32,000 bases of DNA, taken from positions 60,001 to 92,000 of the forward strand of contig NC_000854.2 of assembly GCF_000011125.1 (NCBI RefSeq), written 5' to 3'. How positions within the stretch are numbered: position 1 is the stretch's first letter; the number at the start of each line of letters is the position of its first letter. This DNA comes from Aeropyrum pernix K1 (GTDB lineage: Archaea > Thermoproteota > Thermoprotei_A > Sulfolobales > Acidilobaceae). The position numbers and the translations under genes were made by a program. Of this stretch, positions 9,137-17,281 are shown piece by piece. The notes under the pieces were generated by a model. That model did not search any database. It saw only the letters and a program-made list of their open reading frames with translations, and was not told where the DNA came from.

Positions 9137-9238
9137 ATCCCCCGGAGGGGGTGTCGGATCCGAAGTCGTTCATCAACCCCGCTGAATATTTTGATGTGGA
9201 GAAGACTTCATATTTTTGAGTTTCGGCGGGACTTTGTC

Positions 9239-12184
9239 TCACGAGTCGAAGAGGAGTCTATCTAGTTTCCTTACACCGGATATGTCGTCCCAGGATATTC
9301 CGAAGGCCATAAGCATTTGTTCAAAGGCGGTTTTAACGTGCTCGACGTACTTGCCAGGGTCTACGTCTGAGAGCCGTGCCAGCTGTACTGGCTTGACGCC
9401 TAGCTTGTCCCTGGTTTTCACGTAATACACTATATCGCCCCTGCTCAGAGTTAAACCGAGTCTCTGAAGCAGCATGGCGGCTTTGACGTGCTGGGGAGTG
9501 TTTTTATCGTATTCTCTTGGATTCTTGCTGAGCATCACTTTTATAGCGAATTGGTCCAGAGTGTAGACCTTCTTCTTAACATTGTTATACACGGTGTTTA
9601 TGTGATCCCTTAGCTCTGCAAGAATAGCTTCAACGTCCTCCGGCTTCTCAAGCTTGCTGAGTATCTTCACAGCCTTGGAGAATTCATCCTTGATAAACTC
9701 CGGCGTGTTGCTCTTCTTCGCTACCATGCCCTTAATAACGATGTCTCCCTCTTCGGTTATACCGAGGTAGTTTTTCTTCAGCCCGCTGAATAGTATTGCT
9801 CTGAAAACCTTGTCGAGCTCCAGCTCAAGACCATAGGTCCTCTCCACATAGTCAACGAGATCATTGAGAACATCCTTCGGCGGATCCCATATAAAGAGGC
9901 TGTCGGTGTCGCCGTAGACTATGTGAAGGTTAAGTTCTCTAGACTTTTCAAGCGTCCCCCTGAGAACAGCCCTTCCCAGAGCCGTAACGCTCTCAGCCAC
10001 AGGCAAGCTGTACAGGCTGAACTTCTCGCTCCCAAATACACCGTAGCTCGCGTTAATATACACTTTCATAGCGGATTGGACGACGTCGTACCACAGCCTC
10101 TCCTCCTCCCTCAAGGACTTATCTTTAGACTTTTTCTTGTAAAGCCTAACCCTGAAGTCTCTCAGCATGCCGACGATTTCATTGCTTATACCCTTGAACT
10201 CTCGGCAAACCCTGTGTCCGACCTCAGGCACCTCAATTGTGTCTCTGCAGTTTGGGTTATTCACTGTCTCGTAGCTCAGGTTCCATTGCTTTATAAGGCT
10301 CGGGTATAGGCTTGCGAAATCTAGAACTAGAACTCGGAAGAATATACCCACAGGAGGATCCAAAACTATAGCCCCTCTATACTTCTTGTCTTTGATTATA
10401 GCGCCGACCCGTGCTCCCGCAGAGGAGAGCTTTTCTATCTCCCCTCTGGAGGGTATTAGCCACCTTCTTCTCCTATGCTCCCAGTACATGAGGCCTCTTA
10501 TCCAGTTGGATATTTGGCTGCGTGTGATGTCTTCGATGCCTAGCTTGCTGGTCCTCATAACCATTATTATGAGGTTGAAAACGAGGTTATTGCTGAACGT
10601 GAGGAGTTCTAGGGTTAGCCTTGCATCTTGGAGGTTATACTCTATTAGCTTGTTGAGGTTTAGCTCGGACACTGGGGCCTTCAGCTCAACCTTGCCCTTG
10701 CCGAGGAGTGCCCTGCTTATAGATTCGAGGCTCAACTCCCTATACTTGTTACCGAAGGCGTAGACCTGGAGTGCCCTAATGCCGAACAACTTGTGGAGAT
10801 CGATGTGAAGCGATCTCCTAAACGTCGCGTAATCCTGCTTAAGCTCGATAGGCGCAAACTCCCTAGGTACACCCAGGACCTCCAGCCTTCTGGCTATGTA
10901 GGGTAGGTCGAAGTTGTCTCCGTTGAAGCTCACGACCAGCGGGTATCTCTGGAGAATCCTGACTAGATCGAGCAGCATTGCCCTCTCACTGTCATATATC
11001 TCAACTTCTGTACCCTCAGGCAAGGCTCCCTCAGTAAACTCGACGCCATCCCGATAGAGGAGAACCACCCTGCTTCTCCCACTACTGTCTGCTGTTGCCG
11101 CGCTAATCACCGGATAGGGGGCTGTAGACGGGTCTGGAAGCCTAGTTGCGATGGGGCTGTAGACTTCGATGTCGAAGGCTATTAGAGGTAGCTTGGGAGG
11201 GGGTGCTTCGAATATTCTTAGCCACTCTCTCGCCCTCTCCCTCACCTCTCTAGGCTCCTCCCTGAAGATCTCGTCCACAATTCTAGTGGCGTCATCCATT
11301 TCCAATGGAAGTGTGTGGACAATTCTCACCCCGCCGACTTCGTAGAGTATACCTGGAATCAACTGTCTATCGAAAATGTAGTTGTGATGATATTTTATGT
11401 CTGCCTCCCAAACAGAGAAGCCTGCTGAAGAGACCTTCTCCCTAAGCCTCCTAACAGCCAGAGGGTCGGACACCACAATCTTAGTCAGCTTCACCAGCTT
11501 CCGGTCTATTGGGTGGAACTTCTCCACAAGATCGTACTGGAGGAAAGACTCGTCATGGCTAACATCAACACCAGCAGCCCTCAGGTCCTCCGGCCTAGCG
11601 TCTGTGAGAAAGTAGGGCTTGTGCCCTGTCCTGTCAGCCCACTTAACCAAGCTCCCGCTAGAGGGGTCGTAGAGCATTAGAACAGCTTTACCTAGAGAGC
11701 CGTCGTACCTCACATCTAAGAGATAGCCTCTGACGGACTCAACCCAGGGCTCCCTAACAAGCTCTAAAATAACGTCGTCGTCAGAGAGTTCGGACTGCGG
11801 GCTAGGCTCCAAAGTGAGGCCGCGAACATCCCCAGATTCTGAATTGTACTCTTCATGTTTCGAGGATGGTTGGTTTCTTCGAAGAGACATTGATGCTGGT
11901 TCTTTCCCAGTTGTTTCTGGAAGTGTATTTTGATATTTGCTTTCAGGTTCTCTCTCCCGGTGGAGAGTGGGAGGAGGTTCAGGTTTCTTAGGCTTAGCAG
12001 GTCCGGCCATGTAATCTAGTAGTGTCGTCTGTCTAAGCCCCCTCCTGCCCCTTTCCTCATCAGAGTCCAGAGAGGTTTCCTTGTCTTGAGCAGCCTCTTG
12101 TCCGCCTCTCACCCTCACTGAACTCCGTATGTATGTGAGGAGGCTTTCGTCTAGCGATGTCCTCTTTTTACCTCCACTACCCAA
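9239..12184 (-). CDS. polB: Family B DNA polymerase, crenarchaeal PolB1 (Dpo1) type, with a long low-complexity N-terminal extension
   Basis: 981-aa ORF. Motifs seen are exonuclease 'IAFDIEVYSP', 'FNGDNFDLPYI', 'YNLQDA', Pol motif A 'VLDFASLYPSLI', motif B 'KVYINASYGVFG' and motif C 'VYGDTDSLF'. There are long collinear matches to my recollection of S. solfataricus Dpo1 ('GHKPYFL', 'KLTKIVVSDPLAVRRLR', 'TPQHVKAA'). The TTG start at 12182-12184 is supported by the TATA-like element ~24 nt upstream. Confidence 0.95.
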   Translation of the reverse strand: MGSGGKKRTSLDESLLTYIRSSVRVRGGQEAAQDKETSLDSDEERGRRGLRQTTLLDYMAGPAKPKKPEPPPTLHREREPESKYQNTLPETTGKEPASMSLRRNQPSSKHEEYNSESGDVRGLTLEPSPQSELSDDDVILELVREPWVESVRGYLLDVRYDGSLGKAVLMLYDPSSGSLVKWADRTGHKPYFLTDARPEDLRAAGVDVSHDESFLQYDLVEKFHPIDRKLVKLTKIVVSDPLAVRRLREKVSSAGFSVWEADIKYHHNYIFDRQLIPGILYEVGGVRIVHTLPLEMDDATRIVDEIFREEPREVRERAREWLRIFEAPPPKLPLIAFDIEVYSPIATRLPDPSTAPYPVISAATADSSGRSRVVLLYRDGVEFTEGALPEGTEVEIYDSERAMLLDLVRILQRYPLVVSFNGDNFDLPYIARRLEVLGVPREFAPIELKQDYATFRRSLHIDLHKLFGIRALQVYAFGNKYRELSLESISRALLGKGKVELKAPVSELNLNKLIEYNLQDARLTLELLTFSNNLVFNLIIMVMRTSKLGIEDITRSQISNWIRGLMYWEHRRRRWLIPSRGEIEKLSSAGARVGAIIKDKKYRGAIVLDPPVGIFFRVLVLDFASLYPSLIKQWNLSYETVNNPNCRDTIEVPEVGHRVCREFKGISNEIVGMLRDFRVRLYKKKSKDKSLREEERLWYDVVQSAMKVYINASYGVFGSEKFSLYSLPVAESVTALGRAVLRGTLEKSRELNLHIVYGDTDSLFIWDPPKDVLNDLVDYVERTYGLELELDKVFRAILFSGLKKNYLGITEEGDIVIKGMVAKKSNTPEFIKDEFSKAVKILSKLEKPEDVEAILAELRDHINTVYNNVKKKVYTLDQFAIKVMLSKNPREYDKNTPQHVKAAMLLQRLGLTLSRGDIVYYVKTRDKLGVKPVQLARLSDVDPGKYVEHVKTAFEQMLMAFGISWDDISGVRKLDRLLFDS

Positions 12185-12203
12185 GGCTTTTCGAGCACCC
12201 CTG

Positions 12204-12211
12204 GATAATTT
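12204..12211 (-). promoter_or_regulatory. TATA-like box for polB1 (apparently leaderless mRNA)
   Basis: On the minus strand, 'AAATTATC' is centred ~24 nt upstream of the TTG start at 12184. This matches the archaeal TATA-to-TSS spacing. Confidence 0.4.
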
Positions 12212-12391
12212 GAGCCTGAGTTAAATCAGGTGTTAACCCGTACCCAGGGGTAGAACTCTGTTGGGTAGTACTAGATAATTATGTTGCAGCTACCTCTGCC
12301 TCCTTAATACATGGTTCCGGGTATCAATCGTCTGAGCAGAAGTGCATGGTGAGATGGGATTTATGGTAGACAGCTTGGGGTCTTACCTCTA

Positions 12392-12411
12392 CCCCGCCCT
12401 ATAGGGCGGGG
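12392..12411. repeat. Perfect 20-nt palindrome CCCCGCCC-TATA-GGGCGGGG (8-bp GC stem, 4-nt loop if extruded)
   Basis: Read directly. 12392-12399 is the reverse complement of 12404-12411, and the central TATA is itself palindromic. A T5 run at 12434-12438 follows 22 nt downstream on the plus strand. It lies in the 443-bp divergent spacer between polB1 and the Fe-S oxidoreductase gene. Confidence 0.9.
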
Positions 12412-12627
12412 CTCTCGGTTGTAAATGCTAGAGTTTTTATTGCAAGCGTGTTCGATATTACCCGCAGGGCCCTATTTATGGCTTATTATATTATATGCAG
12501 ACTCGTTTAAGCGAGGTAGAGCGCCAGGGCATTCTAGCTTTATCCTTTCCTCCCTAGCATAAGGTGTGTAGCCTGCCTATGTATATAGTACCCCTTTTTC
12601 AGCTTTAGCACGTCACCTTATGTATTC

Positions 12628-14778
12628 GTGCGACAGGGGTCAGGAGGGTTCTGTGAGGCCTGGTTATACCATCCTGTCGGGGTGTTAATGGTGGCTGGGC
12701 CTGTTGAGCACTTCTTCATGGTGGAGGATCTCAAGATTTTCGTCTATATACTGGCTGGATTGAGCTCGGCAGTGCTACTCTACTCACTAGTTGAATTTTA
12801 CAGAAGGGTGTTTAGAGGCTATGCCCCTTTGGAGGCAGCGGAGAATACCGGGGGTTTGAGAGCAACAGTCGATAGGCTCGTGTGGTATGGGCTCCTCCAG
12901 TACAAGGTCCTCAGACACCGGTTTCCCGGGATTATGCACGCCTCCATATTCTACGGCATACTAGTCCTTTTCATAGCCACTATAATCAGAGCTCTAGACT
13001 ACTACATAGGAGGCTGGCTACTGCAGCCCCCGTTCTTCTACGTGTACAAGCTTGCCAACAACATGGCCGGAATTCTAGTAATCGTAGGCGTGACCATGGC
13101 CGCGTACAGAAGGTGGAGAGGACTAACGCCCGGCCTGCCCAGGGATCCAGGCTACTACCTAGTACTAGCCCTCCTGGCCGCGATAGTTGTAACAGGGTTC
13201 GTGGTTGAAGGTATGGTTGTAGCCCTCTACAGGTATGGAGAGGGTTTTGAATCGCCCTTGTACGATCCAGTAGGCTATCTTGTATACCTAGCCCTGGAGG
13301 GTGTTGACAGGGATATATTGGTTGAGGCTTACCGGGGCCTCTGGCTTCTACACCTAGCCATGGCCCAGCTGGGCATAGCCCTTATCCCCTTCACAAACCT
13401 GTGGCACATTCCAGCGGTCCTCGCAAACATTGCCTTTGCCAGACCTGGCCCTGCAGTAGCCAGCCTCAGGACCTACGAGGACCTGGATGAGAGGATAGAG
13501 CAGGATAAGCCGATAGGCGTTGTCAAGCTGTCTGACACCACATGGAAGCAGAGGCTTGACTTCGAAGCGTGTACAAGCTGCATGAGATGTACAAACAGCT
13601 GCCCGGCAGCCGAGTCGGGCAAAGTCCTGGACCCTAGGGGCGTCGTTTATGGCTTGAGGCTGAAGCTGAGGGAGGGAGACTGGGAGTCTGAGGTCCTCGA
13701 TCCCGAGAACCCCGGTGACGGTAGCAAGGCTGGGGTTAATCCGGAGGCCATATGGAGCTGCCTAACATGCGGTGCCTGCGTCAACGAATGCCCCGTCCTC
13801 ATCCACCACGTAGACATTATACTAGATGTTCGAAGGGGAATGATGAGCACTGGAAGCGAGCATGTGCCTGAGCAAGTTCTAAATGTTCTCCAGAACCTCC
13901 AATACAACGGCAACCCCTTGGGGCAGAGCCCCCTTGACAAGGAAGAGTGGTTCCAAGAGCTCGGCGAGAAGCTAGGAGACGAGGTTATAGCAAGGGAAGG
14001 AGAAGAATACGAGGTCCTCTACTGGGCCGGCTGCGTTACAGGCTACGACCCCAGGATAAGGCCTGTGGGCGAGTCCATACTAAGGCTCCTAAGGAAGGCT
14101 GGGGTAAAGGCCGCCATAATGCCCTACACAGGATGTACCGGAGAGCCGGCCCTCAGGATGGGTGAGGAAGCCCTCTTCGTCGAGCTAATGATACAGTTCC
14201 TGGAGGAGCTTTCCAAGTATAAGTTCAAGAAGCTAGTTGTAAACTGTCCCCACTGCCTAACCACCATAAAGCACGACTACAGAAGGTACAAGAGATATCT
14301 GGAAAAGAGGGAAGACGCCAAACATTTGACGGAGGTCCTAGATAGGCTGGAGGTTGAGCACCACAGCGTCACCCTAGCCAGGCTAGTCAGAGAGGGTAAG
14401 CTAAAGGCGGCTGCAGATGATGGGAAGCCAGTAACCTACCACGACCCGTGCTACCTTGGCAGGTGGAACGGGGTGTACAGTGAGCCGAGGGAGGTCCTCC
14501 GCCGGGGGGCTGGACTAAGGATTAGAGAGATGCCGAGAAATATGGAGAAAAGCTTCTGCTGCGGAGGAGGAGGTGGACAGCTGTTCTACGAGGTAAAGAG
14601 GGGCAGGAGGGTTTCGAGGATCAGAGCTGAGGAGGCAAGCCAAACACTGGGTGGTGAAGGTGTCGTTGCAGTCGCTTGCCCCTTCTGCAACACTATGTTC
14701 CGTGCGGAGGCGGAGGAGTTCGGATTCGAGGTCAAGGATATAGCTGAGATCCTCGATAAAGAGGGGTCAGGAGGCTAG
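12628..14778 (+). CDS. Membrane-anchored Fe-S oxidoreductase: N-terminal polytopic (NarI/DsrM/HdrE-like) domain fused to 2x[4Fe-4S] and two CCG cysteine-rich (HdrD/GlpC/DsrK-like) domains
   Basis: About 5 hydrophobic helices lie in aa ~35-270, with conserved-looking His residues ('GIMHASIFYG', 'LWLLHLAMAQ'). Ferredoxin motifs 'CTSCMRCTNSCP' and 'CLTCGACVNECP' are present. CCG-domain cysteines appear as 'WAGCVTGYD', 'VNCPHC', 'HDPCYLGR', 'FCCGGGGG' and 'VACPFC'. The start is uncertain: GTG 12628, ATG 12688 or ATG 12718. Confidence 0.85.
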   Translation: MRQGSGGFCEAWLYHPVGVLMVAGPVEHFFMVEDLKIFVYILAGLSSAVLLYSLVEFYRRVFRGYAPLEAAENTGGLRATVDRLVWYGLLQYKVLRHRFPGIMHASIFYGILVLFIATIIRALDYYIGGWLLQPPFFYVYKLANNMAGILVIVGVTMAAYRRWRGLTPGLPRDPGYYLVLALLAAIVVTGFVVEGMVVALYRYGEGFESPLYDPVGYLVYLALEGVDRDILVEAYRGLWLLHLAMAQLGIALIPFTNLWHIPAVLANIAFARPGPAVASLRTYEDLDERIEQDKPIGVVKLSDTTWKQRLDFEACTSCMRCTNSCPAAESGKVLDPRGVVYGLRLKLREGDWESEVLDPENPGDGSKAGVNPEAIWSCLTCGACVNECPVLIHHVDIILDVRRGMMSTGSEHVPEQVLNVLQNLQYNGNPLGQSPLDKEEWFQELGEKLGDEVIAREGEEYEVLYWAGCVTGYDPRIRPVGESILRLLRKAGVKAAIMPYTGCTGEPALRMGEEALFVELMIQFLEELSKYKFKKLVVNCPHCLTTIKHDYRRYKRYLEKREDAKHLTEVLDRLEVEHHSVTLARLVREGKLKAAADDGKPVTYHDPCYLGRWNGVYSEPREVLRRGAGLRIREMPRNMEKSFCCGGGGGQLFYEVKRGRRVSRIRAEEASQTLGGEGVVAVACPFCNTMFRAEAEEFGFEVKDIAEILDKEGSGG

Positions 14779-15254
14779 ACAGCCGCCTTCTTATCAGCCT
14801 CCACAATTATTAGAGAACCTCTAGTTCTTATCCTGACGCTCCTTGGATCCACTGGGGCGGGTAGCCTATAAACACCCCTGTATTCTCGGAAGCTGAACTT
14901 CTCGGAAAGGGATCCCAGAGCACGCTTAACAACGTGCTCCCTTATTCTAGCGCTGATCTCCACCCTATCTTCAAGAACGACAATGTTGAGAGACTCCCTA
15001 TCCATCCCCGGTAGGTCTATTAGAATCCTCAGCCTGTCCCCAAGATCGTCCACGCTTACTATAGGCTCTATACCCTCTCCCTGGAACTCCTGAAGCCTCT
15101 GTTCGAGCAGCTCCTCGAACTCCCTCAGCTCGCCAATAGCGAGCCGGGTCATAGTTGAGAACGTCTCTTCAGCTTCTCGTAGGGCTTGGTAGAAACGCAT
15201 TATTATCCTCCTAAACTCGTCATCAAACCCATATTCTGACATGATACCAGACAC
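14775..15254 (-). CDS. hsp20: Small heat shock protein (Hsp20 / alpha-crystallin family)
   Basis: The alpha-crystallin domain pattern is 'RLRILIDLPGMDRESLNIVVLEDRVEISARIRE...FREYRGVYRLPAPVDPRSVRIRTRGSLIIVEADK'. The start is GTG 15252-15254 or ATG 15240-15242. Its stop overlaps the convergent stop of the Fe-S oxidoreductase within CTAG 14775-14778. Confidence 0.85.
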   Translation of the reverse strand: MSGIMSEYGFDDEFRRIIMRFYQALREAEETFSTMTRLAIGELREFEELLEQRLQEFQGEGIEPIVSVDDLGDRLRILIDLPGMDRESLNIVVLEDRVEISARIREHVVKRALGSLSEKFSFREYRGVYRLPAPVDPRSVRIRTRGSLIIVEADKKAAV

Positions 15255-15286
15255 CCCCAGGTGTTGTCGCGCCGGAGAACTGGTCT

Positions 15287-16090
15287 CTATGTGTAGAGTA
15301 TCGGAGCCCTGTACTCCATCTCCTTGCCCATCCTAGCCATAACCGCCTTCGTCTCCTTCATCAGATCCCTCATCCTGAGCTTAATCTCCTCCGCCTGCTT
15401 GATCAGCTCATCTACCGAGACGTTAAGGCCTGTTATCGAGTTTATCCCCTCCACTATGACGGCCGCGGCTTCAGGGTCGGGGATGTCTATGAACGAGTCT
15501 GCAAGCAGCACTAGGTTGTGGACGTGCTTCTTCATAGCTTCTTTGAGTATTATAGCGTAGGGTCCGACTATAATACCCTGCTCAGGCTCGCTCGCCATCC
15601 TCAGGCTTGACGCAAGCAGGCTCGCCTTTTTGTCGCTGGCTAGCCAATACAGGCTGGGCTTCTCCTGCTCCAGCCTCTTCGGGTTGCCGACGCCCGTCGC
15701 GCTTATTATGTACTCTATGCCCCTCCTTCTCGAATACTCGACCACCGCCGCCGAGAATGAGGGTATGGCCGCGGGTAGTATCGGAACGTCGGTTATGAGA
15801 GCAGCCACATCGCCGCTTCTATATATCCTGATAGGGTGTAGAACCCTGCCTCTGTTCATTATGACAACTGGGGGGAGAGCCCCGTAATGGTCTATACCCA
15901 CCGTGTAGGACATATCCTTAGAGCGGATCAAGTGCATCCCTGTTATGGCGCCTACCAGGCCTACGTCTGGGAGACCCACAATCATGAACTTTACGTCCTC
16001 GAGGTGCTCGAACTCGAGGAACTCCCATCCGTAGATCTCCTCCCTGTACACGATGCTTGAGTTCAACAGGCCCACCCCTCTATAATTCAA
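15287..16090 (-). CDS. PAC2-family protein (archaeal proteasome assembly chaperone, PbaA/PbaB-like; former COG1938)
   Basis: 'FMIVGLPDVGLVGAITGMHLI' is the typical N-terminal PAC2 motif. There is a coiled C-terminal helix, and the protein ends in '...PILYT', a hydrophobic-Tyr-X (HbYX) proteasome-docking motif. TTG start at 16088-16090. Confidence 0.75.
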   Translation of the reverse strand: MNYRGVGLLNSSIVYREEIYGWEFLEFEHLEDVKFMIVGLPDVGLVGAITGMHLIRSKDMSYTVGIDHYGALPPVVIMNRGRVLHPIRIYRSGDVAALITDVPILPAAIPSFSAAVVEYSRRRGIEYIISATGVGNPKRLEQEKPSLYWLASDKKASLLASSLRMASEPEQGIIVGPYAIILKEAMKKHVHNLVLLADSFIDIPDPEAAAVIVEGINSITGLNVSVDELIKQAEEIKLRMRDLMKETKAVMARMGKEMEYRAPILYT

Positions 16091-16179
16091 GATTGTATAG
16101 TAGGGTGTAAATAGCTGCTTCAGCCCAACAACAGTATAGTCAGAACAGCCTCCCAGAGGCCCGGCAGTGGGGATCGAGT

Positions 16180-16416
16180 ATGACTAAAGATATGATAAAA
16201 GTCGTGATAGAGCCGAGGGAGTCTTGCATGCCGGATTTTGTCTGCGTCGCCGTCTGCCCGGAGGTTTTCGAGAAGCATGGGGATGGCAGGGCAAGGGTTA
16301 GGGGCGGCCTCGGGGAGGGATTCTTCGACCGCTCTTTAGAAGCCTGTGCCTCGGAGGCAGCAAGGCTCTGCCCAAGGGGCATAATAAGGGTTTATAGGGT
16401 TGGCGATGATGGTTAA
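16180..16416 (+). CDS. Small single-cluster ferredoxin-like protein
   Basis: 78 aa. 'SCMPDFVCVAVCPEVF' (C-x5-C-x3-CP) plus distal 'AARLCPRGII' (CP) gives four Cys ligands in the arrangement of mono-cluster [3Fe/4Fe-4S] ferredoxins. ATG start at 16180. Confidence 0.7.
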   Translation: MTKDMIKVVIEPRESCMPDFVCVAVCPEVFEKHGDGRARVRGGLGEGFFDRSLEACASEAARLCPRGIIRVYRVGDDG

Positions 16417-16469
16417 GACCTCGGTATGGAATATTATACCTCTGGAGTCGCGTCTGAGGGTGCCAGTGG

Positions 16470-17261
16470 ATGCAGCTAGCCAGCTGGAGGCTTCTAGCGA
16501 GGACAATAAAGAATGTGGACGTGGTAGTTGAGGTAGTTGACATAAGGGATCCTATGGTAACAAGGAGTAGGCGTGCTGAGAGGATGGCAGAGGCCCTAGA
16601 TAAGAGGCTCCTGATAGTTCTTAACAAGTCGGACCTAGTACCGCTGAGAGTGGCTGAGAAGTGGGCTAGGATTATAGAGGGTATGGGGTTCGACGTGATT
16701 TATGTATCTGCCAGGCACAGGCTGAGCACGAGGAGGCTGCGAGGGTTTATAAAGCACCTAGCTGATGTTAAACCGTTCTCCGCAGGAGTAATAGGCTTTC
16801 CTAAGACAGGTAAGTCAAGCGTTATAAACGCTCTGAGGGGCAGGAAGGGCGCTCCTACAAGCCCCATACCCGGTAGCCCGGGCTACACGAAAGGGCTACA
16901 GCTCCTCAAGATAGAGCCCGGCTTCTACATGGTAGACACGCCTGGTGTCATACCGGTAGAGGGTGGCTGGCCAGAGTCTATAATAAGGGGGAGAAGCCCT
17001 GAGGACCTCCCAGACCCAGTGCCGCCCGCAGCCGCATTGATAGAGAAGATCCTAAGGTACAATAGGAGGGCCTTCCAGGCCGCTTATGGTATCACCGCTC
17101 AAGACCCCTACGAGATAATGGAGAGGCTTGCGGTCAAGAGGGGCTGGTTCTACAAGACCACCAAGGAGCCTCTCATCGAGGAGGCCGCAAGGACCATAAT
17201 AAGGGACTACCACAAGGCGAAAATACCCTTCTACGTTCCTCCCGAGGAGTTCACCCGCTAA
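16470..17261 (+). CDS. Circularly permuted GTPase of the YlqF/YawG (RbgA-like ribosome biogenesis) family
   Basis: The G-motif order is permuted. G4 'LNKSDL' precedes G1 'GFPKTGKSSVINAL' and G3 'VDTPGV'. The N-terminal 'VDVVVEVVDIRDP' is typical of the family. Confidence 0.85.
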   Translation: MQLASWRLLARTIKNVDVVVEVVDIRDPMVTRSRRAERMAEALDKRLLIVLNKSDLVPLRVAEKWARIIEGMGFDVIYVSARHRLSTRRLRGFIKHLADVKPFSAGVIGFPKTGKSSVINALRGRKGAPTSPIPGSPGYTKGLQLLKIEPGFYMVDTPGVIPVEGGWPESIIRGRSPEDLPDPVPPAAALIEKILRYNRRAFQAAYGITAQDPYEIMERLAVKRGWFYKTTKEPLIEEAARTIIRDYHKAKIPFYVPPEEFTR

Positions 17262-17281
17262 AGCCGTGTACCAAGGCTCGG

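Noticed and set aside
9163-9190. Minus-strand TTGATGA-12 nt-CCGA in the polB1/nuclease spacer.
   Set aside because: The D'-like box is imperfect (CCGA), there is no second box pair or terminal stem, and the region is more simply the promoter/5' region of the nuclease gene.
12426-12569. A 47-codon plus-strand ORF (MLEFLLQACSILPAGPYLW...) in the polB1 upstream spacer.
   Set aside because: It lies in AT-rich promoter-type sequence and begins inside the T-tract after the palindrome. It has no SD or TATA at a sensible distance and no recognisable motif.
16458-16472. CCAGTGGA, which resembles the core of crenarchaeal origin recognition boxes (ORB).
   Set aside because: It is a single 8-nt match immediately upstream of the GTPase start codon. 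There is no second inverted copy, no flanking G-string element and no AT-rich unwinding region, so it is not an origin.
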